64,000 bases of DNA, from positions 22,541,844-22,605,843 of the forward strand of contig OZ316893.1 in assembly GCA_973895155.1 (NCBI GenBank), in the 5' to 3' direction. The notes under the pieces are model-generated. The model was not told where the DNA came from and made no database searches. It worked only from the letters and a program-made list of their open reading frames with translations. The position numbers were made by a program, and so were the translations under genes. Source of the DNA: Marsupella aquatica (lineage: Eukaryota; Plantae; Marchantiophyta). Shown here piece by piece: positions 60,920-64,000 of this stretch; position 1 is the stretch's first letter; each line of letters starts with the position of its first letter.

Positions 60920-62090
60920 TCAATATCTTTGCCTCAACTTGACAGTTTTTCTCGCCTTGATATATTTTTATCTCCTCAACTACTTTTTATCATATTGACA
61001 AGTTTTCTCTCCTTGAGACATTTTCCTCACCCCAATGTTCTTTTCAATCTCACATTGACATCTTTTTCTCACCTTGCCATCTTTCCTCTCTGCACCTTTT
61101 TTCTCCTCAACATCTTTTATCACCTGAGCATTTTCTCATGCACCTTGATATATTTTCTCTTCTTGGCATCTCTACTCATCTCACCATCATATTTTATTTT
61201 CACATTTTTTTTCTCTCATGGACATGATTTCCTCGCCTTAATATCATTTTCTCACCTTGACATTTTTTCTTCTCTCATTTAACATTTTTTTCACCTCAAC
61301 ATCTTTTTCTCTCCTCGACAAATTTTTCTCATCTCAGCATCTTTTTATCTCCTCGATATCTTTTCCTCACCTCAATGATTTTTTCTCACCTCAACATCTT
61401 CTGGGCAACGCATGGGCATTGGGCTATTTGTATATATATATTGTGCCAAAATAATGAGACTTCACACCCATAAACTATGACAAATATTTCTATGGTTTTT
61501 CATCACAATTGTCTCACAAAATTTGACTTTTATTGTCCCAAAGAAAGCCTTGGAAGCAAAGCAAAGAGGGGGAGAGGCAAGGAGGAAGGGGAAGGGGGGC
61601 ACATGGATGAGAAAAGAGGGAGGTAGAGGCTTCATCTTGCCCCATCCGGTCACAGGTAAGGGGTGGAAAAAGTGTCAAGTTTATTTTCTCACCTCAAAAT
61701 CTGTTGCTCTACTTTACATCTTTTTCTGCTCAAAATATTTTTCTCTCCTTTGCACACGTTTCTCTCCTTAACATCTTTTGTTCACCTAGACATATTTTCT
61801 CTCCTCAATTTTTTTCTCATCTCAACATCTATTTCTCTCCTCAATATCTTTTCTCTCCTGGACATATGTTTATCATTTGGACATCTTTTCTCTCTTTGAC
61901 ATCTTTTTCTCCCCTCTACTTCTTTTATCACCTCAACATCTTTTCCTCACCTCAACATTATTCTTACCTCGACATCTATTCTCTCCTCAACATCTCTTCG
62001 CTCCTTGACATCTTTTATCGCCTCAACATCTTTTCTCTCCTCGACATCTTCTATCACCTTGACATCTTTTGCTCACCTCAACATCTTTCA
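60920..62090. repeat. Two arrays of degenerate ~19-bp CTCAACATCTTTTTCTCTC repeats inside the Helitron
   Basis: Arrays at ~60920-61400 and ~61685-62090, each ending at a Helitron-type 3' terminus. Confidence 0.8.
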
Positions 62091-62285
62091 TGCAACGCAC
62101 GGGCATTGGGCTAGTATTTCTATAAGTAACAAGAACTAACGAGTGTTGGAGAGGGTATATTGTATTTTGGAGAAATGTATGCAGAGAAAAGTATAATTTG
62201 GCAGGAAAAAAACTTTAGACTCATTTTTGGGCCCCCACCACAAATATGAACTTAAAGTTCATTCAATAAAACATCACCAACGCGC

Positions 62286-62375
62286 GTTACGGTGGGCCTC
62301 CCGTAGCCGCCCGGTGTGATGACCAAAGTCACCAGGGACCTTCAAGGGAATGACTTGACTGCTGGACCTATATTA
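62286..62375 (-). mobile_element. Short 3'-end copy of the RLE non-LTR element at 63192-64000
   Basis: GTTACGGTGGGCCT.CCGTAGCC.CCCGGTGTGA.GACC.AAGTCACCAGGGACCTTCAAGG matches 63195-63275. Confidence 0.75.
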
Positions 62376-62669
62376 TCCATCCTGGCCCTGAAAGTCACCA
62401 CCGTGCATGCAATATTAAGTGCATGAATCTTATTCGACGGGAAGTGGTGGGGAGAGTCAAGATATACTCTTTGTTATTGGATCCATATTAGGGACACCCT
62501 CTTTGGTCCCTTTTCAGCACCCGAAGGGGGAACCTGTTCTCTGTCATCTGGCTGTGCATTATGGCTGAGCAGGAAGACATCAGATAATATTCTCATGGGT
62601 TCCCATATTTCAAGACTACAAAAGTGAGAGGCTCTAGGGGAGCACAAAGGGATTATTGGGATCTGAGAC

Positions 62670-63139
62670 TTGGTCAGCAGGAGACATATGGCTTTGGCAC
62701 AAGGATTTTATTGGGATCTGAGACTTGGTTGGCAGGTGGCATATGGAGATGGTGGTGAGTGGCAGTCTGGGGAGAATGGAGTATGCCTGTTGCCCAGTCT
62801 CTTTCCTGGCTGTTTCCTGATTGGATGGCTGCTATTGGTGCATGGTGGCTGCATTTGGTTGCTTGGGTTCACCCGGCTTAGTTTTTCCTGTTGGTCCCCC
62901 TTGTTCGGGGGTTCCACCTTCCCACTGTTACTGCCCCTTCTTTTTGGCAGTATGGGCTGGTGGATCCCATGGATTTCTCTATGGGGGTGCTCCTTCTCCT
63001 TGCCCCCCTTAATTGCTTCTTTTTTCTCTGCCTCCTTCCTTCAGGCAGTTTTTTTGGGGGGTTTCCCTGGTTTTTCTTGTTTTGTGCCCACGGGCCCTTT
63101 GCGGAATAAAGTTTCGGGGCTCATTCCCCTCAAAAAAAA
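62670..63139 (+). mobile_element. Probable 5'-truncated LINE 3' end
   Basis: T/G-rich UTR-like sequence ending AATAAA...CCCCTC followed by a poly(A) tract. Confidence 0.45.
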
Positions 63140-63180
63140 TAATAATAAAAATAATATATATATATATATATATATATATT
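63140..63180. repeat. (AAT)n/(AT)n microsatellite
   Basis: TAATAATAAAAATAATATATATATATATATATATATATATT. Confidence 0.9.
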
Positions 63181-63191
63181 AAGAGCTCCAA

Positions 63192-64000
63192 CTTGTTACG
63201 GTGGGCCTACCGTAGCCTCCCGGTGTGACGACCGAAGTCACCAGGGACCTTCAAGGAAATGACTGCTGGACCTCATATATCAGACTGCCAAAGAGCAGGG
63301 GCGCTGAACCGGGAGACAGGATCCCACAGGCCAAAAAACCCAATCAAGGGAAGACAAGAAAAAAGGCCAAAAGGCCAAAGAGCAAAAACAAAAAAGACCA
63401 GGCACAAGCCCAGCCCAAGGAGAACAAAGGACACACAAACCTAAGGACTACCCAACTGCAAAGTGAAGGGCCTGATAAAGCTCCGTCGTGAACTGCATAG
63501 GGGGGTCAAGGAAGGGAATCCGACTAGACGCCCTGACTCCAACCACCTCTCCTCTACGAAGGATAGTGAAGGCCTGTGCACGCTGAAGTGCAATGGACAC
63601 CCGCTGTCTAAAAAAGGCTGTGATAACAGAGATGGGTGGATAAGGCCGCCGCTCGACGTAATGAACCGCACAGGAACGCAAGAAATGGTCAAAAGTCGGG
63701 TGTAGCGCTCCAAAGACCTCCACGGCAAACGGGTAAAAAAGGTCCCTTGGGTAACGCGTAGCATAAGCCTCCTCCTTGAGGTGAGCAGCCCTCGTGGCAG
63801 CATGACCGGGGATATGGGCCGCGGACGCCAAATTGGCTCCACTTGTGGGGTCAGCAACAACCACATCCCCAAGGGCACGAACACCAGCACGAGAGAAAAC
63901 CAAATCAGCCCGACACCTGTCCGGAACTCCATCCTGGGGTGGTAACACATGTTGTTGCTCCATCATAACATGATACCCGGAATCACGAGCAATGGCGGCT
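63192..64000 (-). mobile_element. 3' portion of an RLE-type (CRE-clade-like) non-LTR retrotransposon; ORF C-terminus at 63448-63966
   Basis: R-ADL...DVVVADP...AA..AA..K...Y...FYPFAVEVFGALHP...RVSIALQRAQA matches the PD-(D/E)xK restriction-like endonuclease tail of CRE-type elements. The element continues beyond the window. Confidence 0.8.

Larger units (their letters stand above)
59199..62114 (+). mobile_element. Non-autonomous Helitron (2.9 kb)
   Basis: 5' TCTACTTACTATAATATA after an A and 3' GCAACGCACGGGCATTGGGCTAG before a T. No TSD. The adjacent duplicate shows the empty site GATAGTA|TATTTCTATA. No Rep-helicase ORF. Confidence 0.88.
58995..62265. repeat. ~178-bp tandem duplication whose second copy is split by the Helitron
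   Basis: 58995-59172 matches 59173-59198 plus 62115-62265. Confidence 0.85.

Noticed and set aside
60929-62114. Hydrophobic Phe/Leu/Ser-rich ORFs resembling membrane proteins
   Set aside because: Translations of the 19-bp pyrimidine-rich repeat arrays in the Helitron.
62670-63182. 170-aa hydrophobic ORF ending IYIYIY
   Set aside because: T/G-rich UTR-like sequence running into a microsatellite. No coding evidence.

Overview
Repeat-rich eukaryotic nuclear DNA, most likely from a non-flowering land plant (inferred from the TE lineages, GT-AG introns and an NB-ARC-ARM-TPR gene). Bases 2692-38303 are one CACTA (En/Spm) transposon with 17-bp TIRs and a CAA TSD. Its ~10.6-kb core carries a degenerate TNP2-like transposase (-), an unexpected SET-domain gene (-) and a divergently oriented TNPA/Ptta-like gene (+). 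Three LTR insertions sit inside it: (1) a young full-length Ty3/Gypsy element (3196-18759, GTTTT TSD) whose 4.7-kb LTRs each contain a ~1,210-codon gene; (2) an inverted, diverged solo LTR of the same family (28941-33956, AAAGG TSD); (3) a probable 4.2-kb solo LTR of a second family that also contains a long ORF (18859-23073, AGGTT TSD). A 180-bp piece missing from the inverted solo LTR is found in-frame inside the transposase ~7.3 kb away. Further right are degenerate TE accessory ORFs (38.7-44.5 kb), a frameshifted NB-ARC-ARM-TPR gene (49.0-53.3 kb), minisatellites, a non-autonomous Helitron (59199-62114) and the 3' ends of two non-LTR retroelements. Best novelty candidates: giant gene-bearing LTRs, a CACTA-borne SET domain, and the reciprocal 180-bp relocation. 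All alignments were done by eye and no database searches were run.
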